Positions 1 to 11,062 of a stretch of 20,000 bases of DNA are shown piece after piece (the stretch's first letter is position 1; each line of letters starts with the position of its first letter). A program made the translations under genes and the position numbers. A model generated the notes under the pieces. It was not told the origin of the DNA. It saw only the letters and a list, made by a program, of their open reading frames with translations, and did no database searches. Source of the stretch: Cirrosporium novae-zelandiae (lineage: Eukaryota); contig JAPETS010000001.1 in assembly GCA_026023565.1 (NCBI GenBank), positions 1,731,245 through 1,751,244 of the forward strand, in the 5' to 3' direction.

Positions 1-107
1 GTTTGAGTAGCGATTGCAATAACATGCTTATATTAAAGAGAATATCGTTGGCTATATAAAATATGTTATTATCGTAAACCTAGAATATACCTAGGTAGGT
101 AGGGATA

Positions 108-440
108 GGCTACATCAACAGTTTAGTTGATGGACTAGACTGACTAGACCGACTCCCTTGGTTTGGTCGGTCTATTAAAAATTGAGGCCTGGTCTGATCT
201 ATAGACTGTTGGTTATATAGTATCACGTGGAAATAAAATAAGGTGTACGAAATGAAATACCGAGCTCCGATACTCTAAAATATATCCCCCCCACTCTATA
301 ATTCGTATTTATATAGACCATATAGACTTTGGGCAATCAAAATCTGATCGGTCTATCAAAAAACTCGGTCTGGTCGGTCTGGTCTATCCAAAAGTTTGGT
401 TTGGTTGGTTTAAGGTCTATAGACGGTCTATGGTAGCCCC
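108..440. repeat. Degenerate inverted/direct repeat block built of TAGAC/GTCTA motifs; possible MITE or transposon relic
   Basis: 133-152 (gactagactgactagaccga) is the reverse complement of 365-384 (tcggtctggtcggtctggtc) apart from three transitions. ggctac (108-113) and gtagcc (432-437) bound the block as a short inverted pair. There is an imperfect direct repeat, tggtcggtctattaaaaa at ~165 and tgatcggtctatcaaaaa at ~345. No ORF. Confidence 0.4.
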
Positions 441-623
441 AAGCTCCTCAGCTCTTAAGCCATGTCTATAAATGAACGCATATTAAATTTCCCCCTTCTT
501 TTATTATACATTAGGCAATCCTAAGTTCACATGTCATGCATCAATCAAAAACACCAGCCATAGACTTTTTCTACTCCATCTCTTGACCTCCCTGTCAAAG
601 ATCTGCGACATTACCAACGCTTC

Positions 624-2727
624 ATGGAAAGAAACAAAGCCAACCAAATAACTGCTGCGGCTGTAGATGAAAAATTTGTGGAGAAATATTCCTTTTCCAG
701 CCCTCTCTTCGACCCTGGACTCTCCGATACCTCATCAGTTTCTTGTCGGTTGAAATCTAATTACACGTCCTCCAAGTCTGCGTCGTTGCAGGTCCTAGAA
801 ATCGCAAATGGGGAATGCAGTAAGAATCTATGATAAAGAAGCAATGAAGATATTAGCTTATTTATATAAGGCCTTCAGGAATGTTCAGCCCTTGAGCTAA
901 TTGATTCGAGTTTGGATGGCTCTTTTAACTCGGTCGAGAATACGGTACAGATGAGAATAATATAGTGCGTAAATAGCTAATGAGATGGGACATAGGATTT
1001 CTCAGGTCGTTCACGAATCGTGTAATGCCTAGCCTGAATACGAGATGGATGATCATAATACTAACATGAAATCTATAGATTTCTTCAACAAAATCCTGAA
1101 GATCAACCTAAAGTCCCTCAAACGGCGATTGATTTAGTTCGGATATTTGAATTCCTGAGGATACCCCCAGCTTATCTCGAAGTGCTGACAGCATATAATG
1201 GGATTCATTCAGCCGTCACTTCATATTCGGAGCATGAATCCACACCTGAACTATTCGGTCCGTCTTGCATATCCTCATATGAACTCCATATATAAAAGAA
1301 AGCCCCATTGCTTAGACCTCTCCTCCTTAGAACTCCTCATTTCAATGCCCGCCATATTCTGCATCATCGGATCGATTTATTTCCGCTACGTCATCCTTAC
1401 CAACACCACCACCCTCTTCATCTTCACCCCTTACACCACCAAGCTAATCACTGCTCTAACTCAAATCTACCGCCCATCTCCTGCTTCTCATTCCAACCCC
1501 TCCACCCCCACTGACCTCTTTACCATCTTCGCAATCATTCTCACCCAGTTCCGCACCTCCCTGGATGAAGAACACAAGAGCCTCCACCAGGAAATCTGCG
1601 ACTTCGAATCTCAGACAGGTCTCATATTTTACCACGGTGGGAAAAGTCTCCCAGAGACCTTGCGGCAGGAATATGGCCAGCTAAAGAGAGGTCCATATGA
1701 GTACGACGGAAGCATTTTGCTATTGGAGTGGATTACTAGGTTTCAGATCGGGTTAACGGAGTTTCTGTTGGAACAACATAAAGTACTCATAGGATTGATT
1801 AGCGAACACGCTTCCTCCCCTTCTCCCCTAAAACTAGAAACAGAAACTAAAACAGCCTGTACCCCCTCCTCTCCTCCTTCTCTTCCACCACACACCACGC
1901 AAAAAACAATCTCCTCCCTAACCCTCCACTTTTCATTCTTAACGCACAACCTCACCCATGTCCTGCGCCTGCGCAATCGCGCCCGCATCCAGCTAAATGT
2001 AGTGGAAAGTTCCATTACCCAAAACGAAAACCTGACCAACATCTCGATTGCTGAATCCACACGGAAGGATGAAGTGGCGATGAAGGAGATTGCTGAATCT
2101 ATACGGAGGGATAGAGTGGCGATGAAGGAGATTGTGGCGGTGACGATGGCATTTTTGCCGGCTACCTTTGTTGCTGTAAGTAAAGTCTCCTTTACTATTT
2201 CCGAAGGAATGGCTATCTATTATCAAAAAAGCGCAGAAAAAAACCTAGCTTGGCTTTTTTTTTCATATTCATCACCACATATCATCCATCCATCCATCCA
2301 TCCACCAACCCATACCCAAACACCCCAAAAACCAACCCGTAGCCTTATTTACCCACACTCACACCCATACTCATCCAAAAACCACAAACGGACCTTCTTC
2401 TCCATGTCCTTTTTTCACAATGGTCCCGAAACCTCCCAATCCGCAATCCACTCCACCGTTTCCAAAAATCGGTATCTCTATCTCGCATTTACGATTCCGC
2501 TTACGCTGGTTGTCGTTGTCGTTTGGATTGGCTGGATTAGATGGAAGGATGAAGGGAAAGGGGTGGGAAAGAGGGGGAAAGAAAGAAGGAGGAGACAGGG
2601 GGGGGATGTGGATGTTGGTGTGGATTCGGAGTGTACGGGGATAGAGGGAAAGGAGAATGGGGATGGGAGTGGGGATTGGGTGGTGGTAGAGGGGAGGAGG
2701 AGGATGAAGGTCGTTGTTGGTGGATAG
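624..2727 (+). CDS. Fungal CorA-like (Mg2+ transporter superfamily) membrane protein; last intron acceptor is non-canonical, so possibly impaired
   Basis: Exons join in frame: 624-819, 871-944, 996-1021, 1079-1257, 1331(or 1316)-2175, 2392-2727, giving about 551 aa. Introns 820-870, 945-995, 1022-1078 and 1258-1330 are GT..AG. The C-terminus has the fungal CorA-like signature: a coiled coil ending in ...RRDRVAMKEIVAVTMAFLPATFVA|TFFSMSFF, then a second TM segment YLYLAFTIPLTLVVVVVWIGW. Confidence 0.75.
2047..2130 (+). repeat. 42-bp in-frame tandem duplication in the CorA-like gene
   Basis: 2047-2088 encodes IAESTRKDEVAMKE and 2089-2130 encodes IAESIRRDRVAMKE; the DNA copies share gtggcgatgaaggag exactly. 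Confidence 0.9.
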
Positions 2728-3379
2728 TAGAATCAGAATCAGAATTAGAATTAAAAAAAACCTAGAAACTAGAAGCAGCTAACAACTAGAGGTATAGGAA
2801 TGGGAATAAGGATTGATTATACGAAGAGCAATCAATAAAGCAAAAATCAATTAAATAAACCATCATAATCCCCAGCATCACATGGTAAACCCCGTAAAGT
2901 AAAGGAATAGATATTATTACTATATTATTACCATACCATACCATACCATACTGTATCCCCCACGTTCTTTTCTTGGCTTTGGCCTTTTTAGCTTTTTTTG
3001 GCTTAATTGTGTTAGGAAGGGAAAAAAAAAGTATAGAAGATATCACGATATCAAGATGTAAAAGGATATCTATCTATCGGTAAAGACGATTAAATCCTTT
3101 TTTTTTTTTTTTCGGTCCTTCTATTTCTCTCATATATAAAGAAGGGTTGTTGTTGTTGTTGGAGAAAGGGAAAGGAAAGGGAATGGGGTTTGGATTTGGG
3201 ACATGGGGTATGGGATATAGGGTATCATTGATTTTTTTCCTGAGAGAGGGTCGGGGAGGTAGAGCTTAGGTGTATTTACACAATTACATCCCTCTTCCTA
3301 TATCCTATATCATATCACGCACAAATAAAAAAACCAACTCCCAAAGACGCCCCCCCCAACCCCCAACCCCGTTTCCCAC

Positions 3380-5127
3380 TCAATAAGTATACCTAAACCC
3401 CTCATTCTCCCCATCTGTCCTATCCTCCCTATCCACATCCAACCCTACCATCACCACTTCATTAACCCCTCCCACCCCCACCTCCCCAAACACCCGATCC
3501 CTCCGCTTATTTTCAAAGAAGCAGATGGCCCAGTACGCTAATCCGCAGGCGGCCATAACGGCGAAAGAAAAAAGCATGGCGCCGATTCCTAAAGAGTAGG
3601 TTGGTGATTGGCTGTCGAGGAAGAATTGGGGGCCGATTATGTTGCCGACGGCTGTGGAAGAACGGGAGAGGGAGGTTAGTTTAAGAGAATGTGGGCGTGG
3701 GTATGGGAGGGAAGGATGAGGTTGAGAGGCTTACCGTAGAAAACGGCCGTGGAGACGGAGACGAAGCTTTTTTTCGTCATGCCGGCGGTATTGGAGGTTT
3801 GGAGGCTTAGCATTAATACCCAGGGAACGTTGTAGAAGCCCATCAGATAGACTCCCGCGAGAGAGGCGTCCCTGGAGGTGGTGGCGTCAAGCAGGTGAAC
3901 CATGATTGCCCCTGCGAGAGCAACCAGGCTTGAGAGCACCCAGAAAATGCAACGAAGGTTTGGTACGAAGAAGGTGATTGTGGTGAGGATTGTTTGGGAA
4001 ACCATGGCCACGGCGGCTTGTGGGGTTGCCATCAGGGTGGTTTTGGCGGTTGAGAAGCCGTAGCCGGCTATGATGAGGGGGTTGAAGTTCGTCACGCCTG
4101 CGTTGGTGATTGCTTGGGCGATGATGAAGATGGCTACGGTCCAGTATTTGAGGTCCTGGAGGGCTTCGATGACTTGCGATTTTTTCCAGGCCTGGAGTGT
4201 CGAGAAGGTTAGTGAAAGGTGGATGGGAGGGATGCGTAATGGGCGTTTATACTTTCTTATTCTCAACACCAGTCTGGTTTACTGCGGTCCTGAGCACAGC
4301 AAGTTCCTTTTCTTTCTCGCTCAAGAACCATGCCTTTGCCGGGGAATCAGGCAATAAAAATATGACGGCGATTCCCACACCTATCGTAACGGATCCATAT
4401 ATTATGAAAATATACTGGTCCAGTTAGCCTGAATTCTATCTGGACTGGCGCATTCGGCCTGCTCAATACTGACCCTCCAGGTTGACAGGGCGCCATGGAT
4501 GTTTTTACCGATAGCATAACTAAGAATTCCTCCAAACACTCCGGCAAACGTGTTATACCACAATGCCGTTCTCAATGGTTGCTCCTCTTTGCAATACCAC
4601 ATGGAGTTCAGAACCATGAAGCAGGGTAACATCCCGGCTTCAAAAACACCGAGAAGAAATCGAATAGTAGCGAGGCCCGCGAAATTGCTACAAGCTGCCA
4701 TACAGCAGAGAGCAATTCCCCAACATGTGAGTGAGCCACCTACCCACTTTCCAATCGGGACCCTCGAAAGCAGCCATAACGTGGGGAATTCCATCCCAAG
4801 GTAACCAAAATAAAAGATGGACCCAAGCCAGCTGTATTCTTGACCTTTCAGATGCGCGTCAGTCTTCATTCCCCATACTGCTGCATAGGCCATGCCATTC
4901 TAGATTTCTTTTAGCAATAGCTCTGTAAATGAAATCTGGAGGCTCACCTTGTCGAGAAATGCAAGAGTCATGGCAACTATTAAGATTGGCATAATGACGG
5001 CATCGGTTTTTCTCAGGATCCGTCTATTCACCGCAGGCGACAGATCTTCAAAAGGAACAGCTTCAACAAATCGAGAGTCGGAGCCCTCAATGTCCTGTTG
5101 GACACCATGTTTATCATCCGTTGCCAT
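3380..5127 (-). CDS. MFS transporter, allantoate permease/anion:cation symporter (Dal5-like) family
   Basis: Exons (minus strand) 5127-4948, 4899-4474, 4414-4253, 4191-3735, 3651-3380 total 1497 nt, or 498 aa. All four introns are GT..AG. Family motifs: RILRKTDAVIMP, AFLDK|NGMAYAA, YSWLGSIFYFGYL, RFLLGVFEAG, WYCKEEQPLRTALWY, LPDSPAKAWFL, SNTAGMTKK, GNIIGPQFF, ENKRRD, DRTDGENEGFRYTY. Confidence 0.95.
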
Positions 5128-5300
5128 TATAAAACCTAGCTAGTTGGTATATGCGGGAAGCAATGAGATGAAGCAGCCAGCACCCTGAGTCTATTTTGGC
5201 AGACCCAGGGTATTTGTAAGTTGTTCTGACAATCCATTGCTATGAAGAAAGGGTAGATATCGCAAATAAGTCAGGATTAGCACGTAATTGTGAGATTCGT

Positions 5301-5348
5301 AGATAACTATATCAAGATAGGACAGGTCCGAAGATATTAACAAGATAG
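5301..5348 (+). promoter_or_regulatory. Cluster of three HGATAR (GATA factor, AreA/NIT2-type) sites in the divergent promoter
   Basis: AGATAA at 5301, AGATAG at 5315 and AGATAG at 5343; a further AGATAG at 5708. These are short motifs, so some may be chance matches. Confidence 0.45.
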
Positions 5349-5413
5349 GTTGTCATAAATTTGGAGAAATGCCAATGGCAAGATCTTATTTGCCCGGCAA
5401 TGTGGTTTGACTT

Positions 5414-5427
5414 TCGGTAGCGTCCGA
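5414..5427. promoter_or_regulatory. TCGG-N6-CCGA inverted CGG site (UaY/Ppr1-type Zn2Cys6 binding consensus)
   Basis: The sequence tcgg-tagcgt-ccga lies in the 682-bp intergenic region between the divergent MFS (ATG 5127) and PLP enzyme (ATG 5810) genes. Confidence 0.55.
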
Positions 5428-5809
5428 GGTGGATCCCTGTGCCTGAAATGTGGGCTACTAGTTCCAATGCCAAGAGTATCCAGCTTGCATCACCTTCTGG
5501 TCCAATCACTTGTCAATAAAATCCATGTTTTTTTCACATTCTAAAAGATCCCATGTAATGTGGGAGACTGATGTGCGCTTGTATGAAGATCAAATCCACT
5601 CGAGTATTCCCATTATTTGGTTCCCCATTCAACATTAGCTCAAGGGACCTGACCGAAATACCGGCCTAATGTCATGCCCTGTAGCATCATCTCTAGTATA
5701 TATAAGTAGATAGGAAATTCTCTTTAGATATATATCGACAACTCGGCCACTTCTAACGTTGTAAAATCTGCGACAACGACCACCTTAAACTTCAGAGAAA
5801 TCACAAATT

Positions 5810-6926
5810 ATGAGCTCGGATAAAAGCAACGGGGCCATTGGCTCAGGTGCCACGCATGCTGTCATACACAATGACAAAAATAATACTGTTCTAGTAAAGC
5901 CTTCAACAATACTCAGGGGTCCTCCTTAGCTGACCGGGATCTTGCAGATTGGAATGCGGGATGGAGTGAGCGGAAAGTTCGAATTGTTTCCCCGAGACCA
6001 AGCAAAGATCTCAGTATTCGACTCCAACTTTCTAATCGGAGACGGCATATGGGTAAGCCTTGTCTTGTCTTGTCGAATACCAGACTAACCCTAACCAGGA
6101 AGGCTTACGTGCTTACAAAGGACGCGTACAATTCGCCCGGGAGCACATAAATCGTCTCTTCCAAGCAGCCAAGGCAATGTATATGGACCTGGGAATCTCA
6201 AAGGGAGGATTGCTTGATCTTATCCACAATACGTTGGATGCCAATGAGATGCAGGATAGTACCGATATTCACATTCGACTTGTTGTGAGCCGGGGCCTTA
6301 AATCGACACCCTACCAGAACCCTTCTGTGAATATCGGACTTCCTCTAATTGTCATCATGCCCGAATATAAAGCTGTAGATCCCCTGGCAAAAACCAAAGG
6401 ACTTCGACTTGGAACCTCGCACATTCGTCGTGGCCCTCCCGATGTCAAGGATGAGATGTGGAATCATATTTCCAAGGCTACCGATGTTCAGGCGTGTATA
6501 GGAGCAAATATCAACGGAGTGGATGAAGCCCTCATGCTAGATCCGCATGGATTTGTCAAGACTTGTAATTCCACCAATTTCTTCATCGTCAGAGAAGGTG
6601 TAGTATGGTCACCAACAAAATCCTATCAGATGCAAGGCATCACTAGGCAAAGGATTATTGATATCTGCCGAAAATCTGGAATACCAGTGTTGGAAATTGA
6701 TTTCTCTTTGACAGAAGCCTATGGCGCAGATGAAGCGTTCTGCACGGGAACATTTCCATCTCAGATTTATGTCAAACAGATCGATGGAAGGACGATTGGG
6801 GATGGTCAGATGGGTCCTATCACAAAAAGGTTAATTCAATTGTATGCGGCAGCTGTTGCTAGAGATGCTAGTCGATCGCGAGAAGAGATACGCGCTGAAG
6901 TAGTGAAATCGCAATGGCGTTTGTAG
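5810..6926 (+). CDS. PLP-dependent fold-type IV (aminotransferase class IV, BCAT/D-AAT-like) protein with atypical active-site residues
   Basis: Exons 5810-5893, 5948-6052, 6099-6926 encode 338 aa; introns 5894-5947 and 6053-6098 are canonical. Motifs: AKISVFDSNFLIGDGIW|EGLR, HINRLFQAA, HIRLVVSRG, GVDEALMLDPHGFV, TNFFIVREG, GITRQRII, ADEAFCTGT, IDGRTIGDGQMGPITKRL. Confidence 0.93.
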
Positions 6927-7084
6927 AATGTGAGGGTAGGAATTAATTAATTGTTGTTCAAATGTGAAATAAGGATGAAACCTTAAATGTTGCCCTCCAA
7001 TTGTGCCGAGGCTGTTCTGCTCGTACCTAGTTTATCCACCGAGATAGTAATTCTGTCAGCTTGCATCTTGTAGCGTTATGGACC

Positions 7085-9315
7085 ATGGCTGATCCTATGC
7101 TGGCTTTTACGCCTGCTACTTCACGAGCTTGCAGCCGTTGTCATAGTCGCAAAGTTAAAGTACAGTATTGTGCTACTATCCTGTGCATTGATCTTGACTA
7201 ATCTTCGCAGTGTGATTATAGACTTCCGCAGTGTACAGCATGTCAACGCCATGGAGGACAGTGCAATATTACCGAGTGCCTATCATATTCCTACCACGTA
7301 GTCGCATCCCTTCAAGAACGTATACAGACACTCGAAGCCGAGCTTCAAAGCTATCGACTAGGATTTGGCCAAGAAAAAGCGCCACCACCATTAGGACATG
7401 AAAATAGTATACCTCAAGATGCGGAAGATATAAGGAGCTTGGCAGAGGAGGTCGGAAGCCTAGCTCTAGGAGGGAATAGAAATGCAACCATGGAATACGG
7501 TGAGCTAGAATCATTCAAGTATAAAGAGCATAGGCTCAGTTTATATCTGATTCCTTTCATTTGGCATTCATCAGTTTCCAGCATGGAACGGCCGTCGATT
7601 GACAAATCATGTTAATAACCTAACTCGCAGTCGGAAGTGCTTCGGGAGCCACTTTTACAAAGATATTTTTTCGGCAGCTTGGGTTCAAAAGGTCCAATCT
7701 TCTCAACGATCCAGAGTATCCTGAAGCTATACCGCAATCTGGGCTTGACGACATGGTCATACGAGCAGGTCTGCCAAGCCCGAAGGTTGCAGAATTTCTC
7801 CTGTCTAGCTATATATCAAACATCCACATCTGGTGGCCGCTATTAGATCTTTCGACCACTAGAATCTGGCTCAGACAGATGTTCAAGGAACCAGCAAGAT
7901 GTCATGCCCAGATCAAATTTTTCATTTTCATAATCTTCGCATTAGGGGCCCACGAGAGCGCAACCGATCCCGAGTATTTAAAAATGCGTGATATTTATTC
8001 TCCAAAAGAGTATTTTGCAACCTGTTCCCAGTATTATGAGAACATCTCCTATACGGGACGGGACTTGAGGAATGTGCAGGCATGCCTGCTTCTGACACTG
8101 TGGATGCTACGCTCTTTGGATAATATGAACTATAATAATTTGTGGCAAATGAGCCGTCTGACAATGAGTATTGCAATTGAAATTGGCTGTCATCGCAATA
8201 ATCCTCGGTGGAAACTTGGTACAGCAGAACAGGAGTTGCGCAATAGGGTATTTTGGTGCACATTCGGGATGGAAAGGTAATGTCATGGCTGCCTTGGTTG
8301 ATGGAGCTAACAAAGAACAGAATGATAGCAGTATTTACGGGGCGCGTCCTGTCTATCCGGAACCATGCTATTGATGCTCCATTTCCGCGCGCTATGGATA
8401 GTGATACCTTAACTAGATCCCAGGCAAGAGGATCGCCAACTTTAGAATTGAAAGGCCTCCTTCCTGCTATCCACATGTTCCGACTGAGGCGGATAGCGGG
8501 TGATGTGCTCGAATCCGTTTATATTGCACGACCCGCTGCGAATTCCAAGATGGACCAGATATATAGCACCGTAGATAGGTTACGGGGGGAACTAATTGAG
8601 TGGATGGCTAATACAGACAAGGCCGCCACCCCAGGATCTAAAGAACACATGGAATTGGTTATTGAACATTCTCTAACTGTTCTCATCCTGAATCGGCCTT
8701 CCCCAACATTTATAATACCTTCTCCTACAATGCTTGCGGCTTGCCAGGAGGCATCAGACATTGCTTTAAAATTGTGGACAAAACTCCTAATATCTAGTAC
8801 CTCGACATCTGTTATTAATTTTCGGACGTTTAAAGACATCCTTATTACTGGAGTTGCAGGACTATATTGCGCTTGGTAAGTCCATTCCATAACCCAACCA
8901 AAGAAACCTATCCGGTTGTTAATCTCCTGTGCCTATTAGGAGATCACCAAACCCCAGCTCTGCCAATATATCAGACACCTCAACAATGTGTTTAGATTTA
9001 CTTGATAGAGCTTGTCGAGAGAGACCTAGTCTTATTAAATATAGACATCTCTATGCCGCCCTTGTGGAAGCCACCATGGCGGCTTGTGAGAAGCAAGCCG
9101 TCTTGAAGCAATCTCATCAAGATCTTACGATGATGCTTGAACCACTTGATGCACAATCTGCAAATGCTGTTGATGCTGTTCTTGGAGATGTATCATCTGT
9201 AATGGGCTGGAATACAGCAGATTCCTCTTTGGATGACTGGCTATCAGCTTTGATGGCGGACCCTAATGACCTTGTATCCACAAGTTTAGATTCCCCAGGT
9301 CACCAGTTCATGTGA
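7085..9315 (+). CDS. Zn(II)2Cys6 transcription factor with fungal middle homology region (UaY/Ppr1-like)
   Basis: Exons 7085-7159, 7211-7499, 7631-8276, 8321-8875, 8940-9315 encode 646 aa. Zinc cluster ACSRCHSRKVK|CDYRLPQCTACQRHGGQC is followed by a coiled coil (VASLQERIQTLEAEL), YVGSASGATF, the MHR motif AIEIGCHRN...ELRNRVFWCTFGMER|MIAVFTGRVLSI...IDAPFP, and an acidic C-terminal tail. Confidence 0.93.
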
Positions 9316-11007
9316 TAAAGTGTATCCTTGGGAATTTATTTTCTTGCTTTGAACTTCCAACATAGAAGTATAGGCTCCTGAGGTTGGAGTAAAAATATTC
9401 TACCCAGTAATCTTACTACAAGGCAAAGTTGCTCATTCATTACTGGCGAAGCAACTGAAACAGAAAACTCAAACACACTGCAGTGCAAATAAAGCCTACT
9501 CATGCAGCAGCAACTAGCCCGACTTCGAGTTTGACCCGGCGAACAGCTGTCATCCCCAGATTTGATCGACAATCAGGGCCCTGATCTTTTCCGGTATCGG
9601 AATGCTGGTCCGACTAAAGTATACTGTACAGTACATGTACCTAGCAACCTAGGCTATTAAGAGCCTCTCGAAGCAAACATATTTGGATTGCCTTGGGGGG
9701 GCCTTTAAACTAAATGAGGTTTCGGTCAAAACTAGGATTAGGAGTAGGATTAGAATTTGATATATTCAGGAGAACTGTAGATCTCGTTCTTATATACCTT
9801 TGGTCCCTTTTAATTGATTTTTTTATCTTGTTATTGTTGTTGCAGGCAGTGTTGGTAATGATGGAGAAATTGAAGTATTGGTAACGGACGTTATCTCTCG
9901 ATACTACTTCCATGATCCCTAGGGTATCTTAAGCGCACTGTCGCGGGATGCTTGAGGTCAGAATCTGGTCCGTGGTGATGAAAAAAACCTAGTGGGTTCG
10001 TCAAGCTGGACGCTTCTACTGCAAAGTGGGCTGTGCTGGTATGGAAAGCAAATTTCAACGAATCCACCGAGGTAGGCAAAACGACGAGACTGGAGTAAAA
10101 ATTACTTGATAAATTGTCATTTTCGGAATTTCAGAGCTGACGCGATCGTTGTCGACATTAGCAAGAAAAAAGGCATAAGTAAAGGGACCTGGAAGACGTT
10201 AGACAATAGTACGGATGACTAGACGCGTGGGGTGGTATCCTTGGCGGTCGGGGAATTTACCATCTGCAGCGATAGGAACGAGAAGGAAGCTTAAAACAAA
10301 TGGTACGACAGAGATAGCCTTCTTTGCTCCAGTTCGTCCGTTTCTGCATCATGGTATTTCAGCTATTTGATGGTGTTTGACCTGTTATTCATTAAATCAC
10401 CTAACCAATCAATCCTCACAGATTGCATCTTGCCAAGATCCAGACATTACTTTTGTCGGGTTATAGCTTGAGCAGATAGTCAAGTCGAACTAAGCACATC
10501 TGGGCGACACCTAGACAATTCTTGTCTCGTGGCCGTTGCATCGAAGGAAGCTAGATGGTAGCTAGAAGATAAGAAATCCCTAGGTGAATGGGGACCTTCC
10601 TGTCTGATCCTGGAGTAGCAAAAGGCTTCACCACCGTCAAGCAATGATCCGCTCCCACCATCAGAAAACAATCCACCAATCGTCCGTTGAATTGCACGGT
10701 CACTCCGGACGGGGGAAATCAATACGACCAGATAGATAGGCCATGAACCATGGCATTGGTGACCAAACCTTTGTCCTTTGGAATGTTTAGGAAGGAAATC
10801 CATGACCCCATTTGCCTTGGCGCTTAATGCAACCTCAGGAAACGCCCGTCCGTTGTTGATGGTGCAACCCTCACTCGACCTTGTCTTGGTGGTGATCTTC
10901 CCGCCACGAGAGGACTGCATATTTATTTATGTGTTCCTACCCGTCTCCATGGTCTCTTTACTTCTACTCTTTTTTCATCCAGGTTCCTGAGTTCCCAAGT
11001 CCCTGAA

Positions 11008-11035
11008 CCCCCCCCCCCCCCCCCCCCCCCCCCCC
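11008..11035 (+). repeat. Poly(C)28 homopolymer just upstream of the PTR2 start codon
   Basis: 28 consecutive C ending 27 nt before ATG 11063. Confidence 0.9.
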
Positions 11036-11062
11036 AGGAGGTTTTCTATTACCTGTGTCACC

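Noticed and set aside
1198..2727. The 509-aa single-exon ORF as the true protein
   Set aside because: Its start lies in a different frame from the real exon 4 and runs through intron 1258-1330; it also reads through the 2176-2391 intron. The spliced model from ATG 624 fits better.
2786..3046. 86-aa minus-strand ORF and other short ORFs in simple-sequence DNA (16275-19079)
   Set aside because: They are translations of microsatellites and homopolymers such as (CCATA)n and (TAG)n, with no coding signal.
6086..6096. Telomere-like taaccctaacc
   Set aside because: It is the branch-point region of intron 6053-6098 and under two repeat units long.
10480..10990. 146-aa minus-strand and 70-aa plus-strand ORFs upstream of PTR2
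   Set aside because: No recognisable motifs or splice-supported structure; probably promoter or 5' non-coding DNA.
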